DNA from: an uncultured Thermoleophilia bacterium
GTDB lineage: Bacteria > Actinomycetota > Thermoleophilia > Gaiellales > Gaiellaceae
Reading direction: 5' to 3'
NCBI GenBank assembly: GCA_963716005.1
Contig: OY970285.1
Span: 1,427,745-1,491,744 of the forward strand
Length of the DNA: 64,000 nt
Below, piece after piece: positions 55,837-64,000 of the stretch. Both the position numbers and the translations under genes were made by a program. The notes below the pieces were generated by a model. The model did not search any database. It was not told where the DNA came from and saw nothing but the letters and a program-made list of their open reading frames with translations. Every line of letters starts with the position of its first letter. The first letter of the stretch is position 1.

Positions 55837-56038
55837 GCCGCTCGTAGCTCCTGCGTGACACCGGGCTGACGGCGCCGTGCCGCTACGCGCTGTCCACGGG
55901 CGTTAACGCACTACGACCCCACCCGGGAGGGGGAGCACCGCCCTCGGACCCGCCTTCAGCGTAACCCGGAAACTCCTACGTGTCTGTGACGGTTCGCGCC
56001 GGGTTCGTGCCGGACCGTGCCGACTTCGCGCGGCGACG

Positions 56039-59000
56039 CTAGGCCTTCGCCACGGCGAGCTCGGCGCCCGGCTCGAGGCGCTCGGCGAGCGTCTCCGCCT
56101 TGATCCAGTCGGCATGGCGGAGGAGGTCCTCGTCCGAGGGAACCGTGAGGACGATCCGATCGGTCACCTCGAGCCCGGCCTCCTTGCGCATCAGGTTCAC
56201 AGAGTGGATCAGGTCGAGCACGCGGCCCTCGAGCCGCAGCTCGTCGTCGAGCTCCGTGTCGATCGCGACAGTGACGCCGTCGGCCGACTCGACCGCCCAG
56301 CCCTCGCGACCGACGCGCTCGACGAGCACATCGTCCGCCGTCAGGTCGTGGCCGCCGACGCGGAAGCCGCCGCCGTCGAGCTCCTCGAACTCGCCCGCGG
56401 CGAGCGCGGCCCGCACCGCGCCGAGCTCTTTCCCGAGCCGCGGCCCGAGAACCGGGAGGTTCGGCTTGACGCGCAGCTCGGTCGCGTCCACCTCGCCGAA
56501 CTCGAGCTCCTTCACGCGCAGCTCGTCTCGGATCGTGTCCGCGTGCTCGCCGGCCCGCGCCGCGCCCTGCACGACCGCGCGCCCGAGCGGCTGGCGCAGC
56601 TTCAGTCCCGCCCCGTCGCGGGCGCGCCGGCCGAGCTCGGCGACTGCGCGCGCCTCGGCCATGCCGCCCAGAAGCTCCGCGTCCACAGCCGCGCACCTCG
56701 GGCCAGCCGGCCAGATGGACGCTCTCGGGCGCATCCGAGCACCGCTCCGCGACGAGTGCCTGCCAGAGATGCTCGGAGAGGAACGGCATGATCGGCGCGA
56801 TCACCCGCAGCGACTGGACGATCGCCGTCCACAGCGTGCGAAACGCCGCGTCGTCGTAGTCGTAGAACCGCCGGCGCGAGCGGCGGATGTACCAGTTCGA
56901 GAGGTCGTCCACGAACGCCTCGAAGCCCTCGACCACGCGGTACGAAAGCTGCGCCTCGTACGCCTCGGTGGTCTCGGCCACGAGCGCGTCCGTGCGCGCG
57001 AGCAGCCAGCGGTCGAGGAGCGTCAACTCCACGTCCTCGAGCCCCGAGAGGTCGGCGTAGCGCGGCTCGAAGCCCTCGATGTTCCCGTAGTCGCAGAGGA
57101 ACCGCACCGAGTTCCACAGCGTGAGGAGCCGCCGCTTGATCTCGTGCGCGGGCCCGTAGCCGAAGAGCAGGTTGCGGTCGGGCGGCTGCGTGCAGAACTG
57201 CCAGCGCATCACGTCCGCGCCCATGCGCGAGAACGCGTCCTCGGCCGGGATGAGGTTCCCCCAGGAGCCGTGCATCTCGCGGCCGTGCTCGTCGAGCATC
57301 TTCTCGTAGCCGAGCGCCGACTTGAACGGCGCCTTCCCGACGAGCGCCACCGACATGAAGAGCTGCGAGTAGAACCACAGGCGGATCTGCTCGCGCATCT
57401 CGGTCACCCAGTCGGCCGGGAACCACGTCTCCCAGTGCTCGTGGTCCGGGAGGTCGGCGGTCGAGAGCCCCTTGGACGCGCCGGTCGCGTAGCCGCCCTC
57501 GACGAATTCGGGGTTCTGCCAGCCGAGCGTCGAGAAGGGGACGATGCCGGCGTCGAGCCAGACGTCCCCGACCTCGACGACCCGGCGCACGCCGTCGGCG
57601 CCGCAGCCGTCGCAGCGGATCGTCACCTCGTCGACCCATGGCCGGTGGAGCTCCTCGAGCTGCTCCAGCCCGCCGGTCGCCTTGTCGGAGAGCTCGCCCT
57701 TCGAGCCGACGACGGTCAGGTGCCCGCACTCGCCGCAGGGATAGAACGGCAGCGGCAGGCCGAAGAAGCGCCGGCGCGAGATGTTCCAGTCGCCGAGGTT
57801 GCGCAGCCAGTCGTCCATCCGCTTGCCGAAGTACTCGGGCGTCCAGTCGATCGTCGCGTTCGCGTCGATGAGCTTCGGGCGCAGCTCCTCGACGGCGATG
57901 AACCAGTCGTCGGAGATGCGGAAGATGAGCGGCGTGTGGCAGCGCCAGCAGAAGGGGAAGCGGTGCTCGATCGTGCCCGCGTCGATCAGGCGGCCGCGCC
58001 CGGCGAGATCGGCGACGAGCTGGTCGGCCGCTTCGGCGGTTCCGAGCCCGTGCAGCCAGCCGTAGTCCTCGTAGAACCGTCCGGCCTCGTCGACCGGCGT
58101 GAGCACGGCGAGGTCGTGCACGCGCGAGAGCTCGAAGTCCTCGGAGCCGCAACCAGGCGCGATGTGGACGATCCCCGTGCCTTCGTCCATCGAGACGTCG
58201 TCCCACGGGATGACGCGGTGCTCGACCCCGGCCGCGGCGGGCAGGTCGTCGAACGGTCCCTCGTAGCGCCAGCCGACGAGCTCCGCGCCGGAACGGCGAT
58301 CCTCGAGCTGCGCGTCGGGATGGCGGCGCACGGCGACCCACTCGCCGTTCTCGCGCCGGCCGTACTCCTCCTCGGGGTTCACCGCGGCGGCGACGTTCGC
58401 CGGAAGCGTCCAGGGCGTGGTCGTCCACACGGCGAGCGCCTCGCCGGGACGGTCAGTGAGCGGCAGCCGGACGAAGAGCGACGGGTCGATCCGGTCCTCG
58501 TAGCTCCCGACCAGCTCGTGCGCGGAGATCGACGTGCCGCAGCGCGGGCACCACTCGGTCGAGCGGTGGCCGAGATAGAGGTACCCCTGCTCGTGCATCC
58601 GCTTGAGGAAGCCCCAGATGTACTCGATGTTCGTGTCGGAGAAGGTGAAGTAGTCGTTGCCCCAGTCCATCCACTGGCCCAGGCGGACGCAGCCGCGCGT
58701 GATCTCGCCGGCCGACCAGACGACCTTCTCGCGGCAGCGGCGGGAGAACTCCGCGAGGCCGTACTCCTCGATCTCGTGCTTCGAGTTGAGACCGAGCTCG
58801 CGCTCGACGCCGACCTCGATCCAGAGGCCCTGGCAGTCGAACCCGTTCTGGTAGCGCTGATGGAAGCCGCGCAGTCCCTTGTAGCGCTGGAAGACGTCCT
58901 TCAGCGTGCGGCCCCAGGCCGTGTGGACGCCGAGCGTCTTGTTCGCCGTCACCGGGCCGTCGACGAAGCTCCAGACGGGGCCGTCGGCGTTCTGCTCGCG

Positions 59001-59093
59001 CAGCCGGTCGAACGTTTGCCGCTCCTCCCACCAGGCGAGGATCTCCTCCTCGAGGGCGGGATGATCGGGGACGGGCGGAAGCGGCCTGAACAT
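56039..59093 (-). CDS. ileS: isoleucine--tRNA ligase (type 2-like); one frame break near 56691-56696
   Basis: WSFVDGPVTANKTLGVHTAWGRTLKD (HIGH region), WTTTPWTLPAN, CWRCHTP. The KMSKS-region context and anticodon-binding domain are present. After HLAGWPE the C-terminal 220 aa (AAVDAELLGGMAEARAV...LIHSVNLMRKEAGLEVTDRI) continue in another frame, ending at 56039. Confidence 0.9.
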
Positions 59094-59171
59094 GGGGAAA
59101 CGGAGTCTAGACGCGGGACTTTTCGCCGCGGCCCGGACGTTTCAGAAGGAGACAATCAACAGGAGGAACAC

Positions 59172-59507
59172 GTGGCGACACAGGCAGTGGAAGCGACCGA
59201 AACGACATTCGAAACCGAGGTGCTGGGCAGCGAGAAGCCCGTGATCGTGGATTTCTGGGCTGAGTGGTGCGGCCCGTGCCACATGGTCGCTCCCGCGCTC
59301 GACCAGATCGCCGAGGAGCGCGCCGACGAGTTGCGGCTCGTGAAGGTGAACATCGACGAGCAGCCTGCCCTGGCGCAGCGCTACGGGATCATGAGCATCC
59401 CGACGATCGTCCTGTTCAAGGACGGCGAGCCGGTGGCCGGCGCCCTCGGGGCGCAGCCGAAAGGCGCGCTCGAGCGAGCGCTCGGTCTCGTCGAAGACGG
59501 CGCCTAG
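59172..59507 (+). CDS. trxA: thioredoxin
   Basis: AGGAGG RBS followed by GTG. VDFWAEWCGPCHMVAP active site. 111 aa. Confidence 0.9.
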   Translation: MATQAVEATETTFETEVLGSEKPVIVDFWAEWCGPCHMVAPALDQIAEERADELRLVKVNIDEQPALAQRYGIMSIPTIVLFKDGEPVAGALGAQPKGALERALGLVEDGA

Positions 59508-59611
59508 CCCTTTCGCGCTACGAACGGCCCGTGTCCATTCGGGTCATGTTGGGGGTCTGACCCCGGACATGGCCCGAACGGCCGTGCCCGGTCTTCTCGT
59601 AGGATCGCGGC

Positions 59612-59977
59612 GTGAGGCACCAGTCCGCGACCGCGCACGAGCTCGCCCAGGTCGGGCTCCTCGCCGGGCTGCCCGGTGAGGTGCTCGCGAAGCTCGGCGA
59701 GCGGATGGAGCGTCGCGACCTCGTGCCCGGCGAGCGCGTCGTCTCCCAGGGCGAGGACGGCGACCGGTTCTACGTCGTCATCGGCGGGCTCCTCCGCGCC
59801 GTGCAGGACGAGCTCGGCGAGCGGACCGTGCTGAAGCCCGGCGCCTACTTCGGCGAGGTGGCGCTCCTCATGGACGTCTCGCGAACGGCCACGGTCGAGG
59901 CGGTCACACCGGCGACGGTCGCGAGCTGCGACCGGGAGACCTTCGACGAGCTTCTGCGCCCGCTCTTCACCGAGTAA
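59612..59977 (+). CDS. stand-alone cyclic-nucleotide-binding (cNMP) domain protein
   Basis: GERVVSQGEDGDRFYVVIGG...GAYFGEVALLMDVSRTATVEA. 121 aa. No HTH domain. Confidence 0.78.
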   Translation: MRHQSATAHELAQVGLLAGLPGEVLAKLGERMERRDLVPGERVVSQGEDGDRFYVVIGGLLRAVQDELGERTVLKPGAYFGEVALLMDVSRTATVEAVTPATVASCDRETFDELLRPLFTE

Positions 59978-60082
59978 CCGGCACAGAGTCGACACATCCT
60001 GCGCGCCACTCGCGCGGATTTCCTCGATAGCGTCTTGGGCGGGGCGGCAACGCATCCGCGTCCAGTCAGACGCGCGTCTGCT

Positions 60083-60916
60083 TTACGAACCGCCGAACGA
60101 CTCGAGCACGGCGTCCGACAAGACCGGCCACGCCTCGCGCGACCAGTCGCCGAAGTCGCGATCCGTCAGGCACGCGCACGCGAGCCCCGCCTCCGGATCG
60201 ACCCAGAGAAACGTCCCGGCGCGGCCGAAGTGGCCGAACGTCCGCGGCGAGTTCCGCGCGCCCGTCCAGTGCGGCGCCTTGCCGTCGCGCAACTCGAACC
60301 CGAGGCCCCAGTCGTTCGGATCCTGGCGGCCATACCCGGGAAGCACCCCGGCGAGCCCGGGGAACGCGACCGTCGCGGCCTCCGAGAGCGTCTCGTCCGC
60401 CAGGAACCGCGGCGCCAGTAGCTCGCGACCGAACGAGAGGAGATCGCCGAGCGAACCGGCGAGCCCTGAAGCGGGCGAGCCGTCCAGCCGTGCCGCGATC
60501 CCGACCGGTTCGAACACCGCCGCGGCCAGGTACTCCTCGAACGGCATCTCCGCACGCTCGGAAACCAGCGCCGCGGCCAGCTCGATCCCCGTGTTGGAGT
60601 AGATCCGCCGCGTTCCCGGTCCGGTCAGCGGACGCTCGCCGTCGAGCGGAAGCCCCGACGCGTGCGAGAGCAGATGCCGCAGCGTCGCCCCGGGCGGCCC
60701 CGCCGGCTCGTCGAGCTCCACGATCCCCTCCTCGGCCGCGACGAGCACTGCCCCCGCGGTCACGAGTTTGGTCACCGAGGCCCAGGGAAACACCCGATCT
60801 TCCGCTCCGCGCCGCGCCAGCACGCCTTCCGCCGAAACCACGCCAACAGCGGCGTTTTCCACGGGCCAGGCGTCGATGAGGGCGAGGGCGTCCACGGCGG
60901 GCGATACTACGCGCAC
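60083..60916 (-). CDS. serine hydrolase of the beta-lactamase/transpeptidase-like family
   Basis: SxxK motif (WASVTKLV), YSNTG, HFGRAGTFLWVDP. Only the last about 278 aa of the listed 917-aa ORF look real. GTG start at 60916. Confidence 0.78.
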   Translation of the reverse strand: MRVVSPAVDALALIDAWPVENAAVGVVSAEGVLARRGAEDRVFPWASVTKLVTAGAVLVAAEEGIVELDEPAGPPGATLRHLLSHASGLPLDGERPLTGPGTRRIYSNTGIELAAALVSERAEMPFEEYLAAAVFEPVGIAARLDGSPASGLAGSLGDLLSFGRELLAPRFLADETLSEAATVAFPGLAGVLPGYGRQDPNDWGLGFELRDGKAPHWTGARNSPRTFGHFGRAGTFLWVDPEAGLACACLTDRDFGDWSREAWPVLSDAVLESFGGS

Positions 60917-60931
60917 CAGCAGGAGGCGAAC

Positions 60932-62158
60932 TTGTCGGAATCGACCGAACCAACCAGGCCGCTCTATCCGCCGTCGATCACGGGGGAGAGCTTCGCCGAG
61001 GGCGGCAGCGTCACCGAGCACAAGTTCGGCAGCGGCGATCCGTTCACGCTCGGCGTCGAGGAGGAGTACATGCTGCTCGACCCCGAGACGTTCGACCTCG
61101 TGCAGCACATCGACACGGTGCTCTCCCGCATCCACGAGGAGGAGTTCGTCGCGCGCGTGTCGCCCGAGCTCATGCAGTCGGTGATCGAGATCTCCACGCC
61201 CGTCTGCCACACGGCGAGCGACATCGACTCCGAGCTGCGCCGGCTGCGCGGATACGTCACCGGGCTCGGCCGCAAGGAGGGTCTGCGCGTGGGCTCGGCC
61301 GGCACGCATCCGTTCAGCCTGTTCGAGCGCCAGCGGATCACGGCCCGGGACCGCTACCGCGCGCTGGTCGACCAGCTCCAGTACGTCGCGCGCCGCGAGC
61401 TCATCTTCGGAATGCACGTGCACGTCGCCGTCGACGGTCCGGACAAGTGCATCGCCGTCCTCACCGCGATGCTGAACCACCTCGGCGAGCTGCTCGCGCT
61501 CTCGGCCTCCTCGCCGTTCTGGCGCGGCGAGCTGACCGGGCTCGAGTCGACGCGGCAGATGGTCTTCGCGGCGTTCCCGCGCTCGGGCGTCCCGCCGCGG
61601 TTCGCCGACTACGAGGAGTACGCGCGCGTCGTCGGCCAGCTCGAAAAGACCGGCTGCATCGCCGACTACACGCACATCTGGTGGGACATCCGTCCGCATC
61701 CCAAGTGGGGCACGCTCGAGGTGCGGGTGATGGACGCGGTCACGCGCGTGGACGACGCCGTCGCCATCGCCGCGTACATTCAGGCCCTCGTGAAGCGCTA
61801 CTGCGACGACTACGACGCCGGGCAGCAGCTCCCGACCTTCCATCGGATGCTCGTGACCGAGAACAAGTGGCTCGCCGGCCGTTACGGCCTCGAGGCGCCC
61901 GTGATGGACCTCGTTACCGGACGACGGAACCGCGTGCCGATGGCGCAGCTCATCCGCCGGACGCTCCGCGAGATCGAGCCGTACGCAGCGGAACTCGGCT
62001 CGGACCGTGAGCTCACCGGCATCGCCGACATCCTCGCGCGCGGAAACAGCGCCGACCGGCAGCGCCGCGTCTACAACGCGAACCGCGACATCGCCGAGGT
62101 CGTCCGCGAGATCGCCGACACGACCGAGAACGTCGAGCTCGAGCCGGTCGCCGCGTGA
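60932..62158 (+). CDS. ybdK: carboxylate-amine ligase (glutamate-cysteine ligase family 2, YbdK-like)
   Basis: AGGAGG RBS followed by TTG 60932. FTLGVEEEYMLLDPETF, ELMQSVIEISTPVC, GTHPF, IFGMHVHV, WWDIRPHPKWGTLEVRVMD. Confidence 0.85.
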   Translation: MSESTEPTRPLYPPSITGESFAEGGSVTEHKFGSGDPFTLGVEEEYMLLDPETFDLVQHIDTVLSRIHEEEFVARVSPELMQSVIEISTPVCHTASDIDSELRRLRGYVTGLGRKEGLRVGSAGTHPFSLFERQRITARDRYRALVDQLQYVARRELIFGMHVHVAVDGPDKCIAVLTAMLNHLGELLALSASSPFWRGELTGLESTRQMVFAAFPRSGVPPRFADYEEYARVVGQLEKTGCIADYTHIWWDIRPHPKWGTLEVRVMDAVTRVDDAVAIAAYIQALVKRYCDDYDAGQQLPTFHRMLVTENKWLAGRYGLEAPVMDLVTGRRNRVPMAQLIRRTLREIEPYAAELGSDRELTGIADILARGNSADRQRRVYNANRDIAEVVREIADTTENVELEPVAA

Positions 62159-62622
62159 TCGCCGCCGGGGAGCCGGCACCGAACCCCACCCTGCTCGCCG
62201 CCCCCGGCGAGTCCGTCCGGCTGCACGATCTGACGCCGCAGGGCGAGGGGATCCTGCTGCTCTTCTACCTCTTCGACTGGTCCGCGACCTGCACCGACGA
62301 GCTGCTGATGCTCCGCGAGCGCCGCGAGGATCTCGCGGCGGCCGGGTTCTCGCCCTTCGGCGTGTCGCGCGACAGCCCCTGGTCACACGTCGCCTGGCGC
62401 GAGGCGCTCGACCTCGAGATCCCGCTCCTCTGCGACTGGGAGGCCGAGGCCATCCATGCGTTCGACATCGCCCACGAGTTCCGCGGGCTCTCGGACGTCG
62501 CGCAGCGATCGTGCTTCCTCGTCGGGGGCGACCGGACGGTGCGCTGGACGCGGCTCTATGCTCCGGGCGAGGTGCCCGACATGGACGAAATGGTCGCCGC
62601 GGCGCAGGAGCACGGATCGTGA
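62155..62622 (+). CDS. peroxiredoxin-like (AhpC/TSA-Bcp family) protein
   Basis: The GTG overlaps the upstream TGA. Segment LLLFYLFDWSATCTDEL (peroxidatic-Cys context). 155 aa. Confidence 0.72.
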   Translation: MIAAGEPAPNPTLLAAPGESVRLHDLTPQGEGILLLFYLFDWSATCTDELLMLRERREDLAAAGFSPFGVSRDSPWSHVAWREALDLEIPLLCDWEAEAIHAFDIAHEFRGLSDVAQRSCFLVGGDRTVRWTRLYAPGEVPDMDEMVAAAQEHGS

Positions 62623-63065
62623 AGCCGGTCCTCGTCGCCTTGTTGCTCGCGCTGGCCCTCGCCGGCTGCGGCACGGAGGAGTCCGCGGACACGAGCCCCG
62701 CCGCGGGCACGACAGGGGCCACGCCGACGTCCTCCCCGGAGCCCGCCACCTCGCTGACGATCGAGGTCGCGCAGACCGGCTTCGACCACGGCGTCACGCA
62801 GACGACCACGCTCGAGTGCGACCCGGTCGGCGGCACGAACCCGCTCTCGGCCGAGGCGTGCGCGCAGCTGGCTGCTCATCCCGAGGCGCTCGAGCCGGTT
62901 CCGGACGACATGGCGTGCACGATGATCTTCGGCGGCCCCGAAGAGGCGCGCGTCTACGGCACGTTCGAGGGCGAGGAGATCGACGCCGAGTTCAGCAAGG
63001 CGAACGGCTGCGAGCTGGCGCGCTGGGAGTCGCTCGAGCCGCTCTTCAAAGTCGTCGTCGACTAG
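62619..63065 (+). CDS. lipoprotein with subtilisin-inhibitor (SSI)-like domain
   Basis: The GTG overlaps the upstream TGA. Lipobox LALALAGC. Pro/Thr linker. Then SLTIEV...TLECDPVGGTNPLSAEACAQL...MACTMIFGGPEEARVYGTFEGEEIDAEFSKANGC, matching the four-Cys SSI-fold pattern. Confidence 0.62.
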   Translation: MKPVLVALLLALALAGCGTEESADTSPAAGTTGATPTSSPEPATSLTIEVAQTGFDHGVTQTTTLECDPVGGTNPLSAEACAQLAAHPEALEPVPDDMACTMIFGGPEEARVYGTFEGEEIDAEFSKANGCELARWESLEPLFKVVVD

Positions 63066-63099
63066 CCCCGGCGCGCGGCCCGCAAGCTACGGTCGCGCG

Positions 63100-64000
63100 A
63101 TGGATCCCGACAACCCGCTGCGCAACCCGGCGTTCATCCTGCGCGCGGGGCTCGTTGTGCTCCTCCTCGTCCTCCTCTTCGGCCCGTACTGGCTGCGCGC
63201 CACCGTCCCGATCTGGATCCCGTTCCTGATCCTCGCCGGGCTCGAGCTGAACTTCTTCGTCGGCGCGGTCCGCGCCGAGCCGCCCGGCCCGCCGAACCGC
63301 GGGCCGCAGCCGGTCGACCAGGAGCTCTACGGCTACGCCGTACGAGGAGGAGGACGAGCTCTGGTCGGACGGCGAGCCGAACGAGATCGAGCCCGAGCCC
63401 GTTGCGTACCGCCGCCGTCCGTGGCGACGACTGCTCGCGGCCGGCGCCGTGCTGGCCGCGCTCGCGTTCGGTTTCTGGATCACCGACAGCCGCACCGGCT
63501 GGGACGGCCTGGACGAGAGCACGCAGTCCGAGCTGACCGACCGGCTCGCGGTCGAGGCCTCCGCGATCGCCGACAAGCCGGTGACGGTGGAATGCGACGA
63601 AGCCGGCGAGCACGTCGGCGCCGTCCAGCACGCGGACGGCGCGGCCCAGGTCGGCGGCGAGATCGCCTACCTGACGCCGGAGCGCTGCTACGACCTCTAC
63701 CGCCTGGCCTTCAACAACGAGGTGAATTCCAGCCAGACGGCCCGCTCCGTCGCCGTTCTCGCGCACGAGGGCTGGCACCTGCGCGGCGTCGCGAACGAGG
63801 GCGAGACCGAGTGCTTCGCGTTCCAGTCGGGCGTCGTCCTCGGTCAGCGGCTCGGGCTTTCAGAGGAACGGGCGAGCCAGATGATGAGCCAGCAGCTCGC
63901 CGAGAACGCCCTGCGCAGCGGCCCGGGAGTCGAGTACGTCGTCCCGCCGGAATGCCGCGACGGCGGGCGGCTCGACCTGAATCCCGAGACCTCGCGGTTC
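63100..64000 (+). CDS. membrane protein of unknown function (partial, runs off the window end); one frame break near 63340
   Basis: MDPDNPLRNPAFILRAGLVVLLLVLLFGPYW...IPFLILAGLELNFFVG, followed in the next frame by YEEEDELWSDGEP...LLAAGAVLAALAFGFWI...VAVLAHEGWHLRG (possible HExxH-like metallo motif). Confidence 0.5.
   Translation, partial: MDPDNPLRNPAFILRAGLVVLLLVLLFGPYWLRATVPIWIPFLILAGLELNFFVGAVRAEPPGPPNRGPQPVDQELYGYAVRGGGRALVGRRAERDRARARCVPPPSVATTARGRRRAGRARVRFLDHRQPHRLGRPGREHAVRADRPARGRGLRDRRQAGDGGMRRSRRARRRRPARGRRGPGRRRDRLPDAGALLRPLPPGLQQRGEFQPDGPLRRRSRARGLAPARRRERGRDRVLRVPVGRRPRSAARAFRGTGEPDDEPAARRERPAQRPGSRVRRPAGMPRRRAARPESRDLAV

Noticed and set aside
59094-59171. T-box or other leader riboswitch upstream of ileS
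   Set aside because: The ileS-trxA divergent spacer is only 78 nt and must hold two promoters and the trxA RBS. That is far too short for a T-box leader of about 200 nt or more.
59522-59590. Imperfect palindrome CATGTTGGGGGTC/GACCCCGGACATG and GAACGGCC(C)GTG direct repeats after trxA, as a possible terminator or small RNA
   Set aside because: The stem has mismatches and no U-tract follows. The evidence is too weak to call. It may simply be the trxA 3' end or the promoter region of the cNMP-domain gene.

Overview
This is a GC-rich window with strong GC3 codon bias, most consistent with a chromosomal segment of a high-GC Gram-positive (Actinomycetota-like) bacterium. The lineage is inference only. 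I support about 50 protein genes and 4 tRNAs (His, Arg-TCT, Gly-TCC, Pro-TGG). I found no rRNA, CRISPR array, transposase, integrase or phage genes. Gene content in order: Dyp-type peroxidase, SulP permease, and an acdS (ACC deaminase)-small ORF-MFS unit. Next come PepT and a tRNA-His/tRNA-Arg pair. Then a badly frame-broken regulatory block (ECF sigma, NarL-type regulator, hybrid histidine kinase). From about 15.9 to 33.3 kb lies a block of secreted proteins: a Gly-rich anchored protein, a triple-repeat protein, a mini-RTX protein and four tandem S8 subtilases carrying 13/1/2/6 Ig-like modules of about 85 aa. After that: a DipZ-like protein, tRNA-Gly, CtaG, and an envelope-modification cluster (sulfatase-fold enzyme, flippase-like protein, GT39, FAD oxidoreductase) ending at tRNA-Pro. 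Then a translationally coupled HK/REC-REC/RR/HK operon, an EamA transporter and a GAF-PAS kinase with its receiver. The window ends with ispH, ileS, trxA and a coupled ybdK-peroxiredoxin-subtilisin-inhibitor-like lipoprotein trio. The most unusual signal is the subtilase array. Every member ends in a distinctive Lys-rich variant of the Ig-like module, and the same module closes an unlinked secreted FN3 protein at 48.9 kb. I read it as a candidate C-terminal anchoring or sorting domain. Nothing here resembles a known defence system. One caveat affects everything: about 14 genes, including essential ileS, need single-nucleotide frame changes to be read. These breaks are heavily clustered at 11.0-18.7 kb. 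Assembly indels are the leading explanation, so all 'pseudogene' labels mean 'not translatable as assembled'. All family assignments come from motif recognition by eye; no database search was run.
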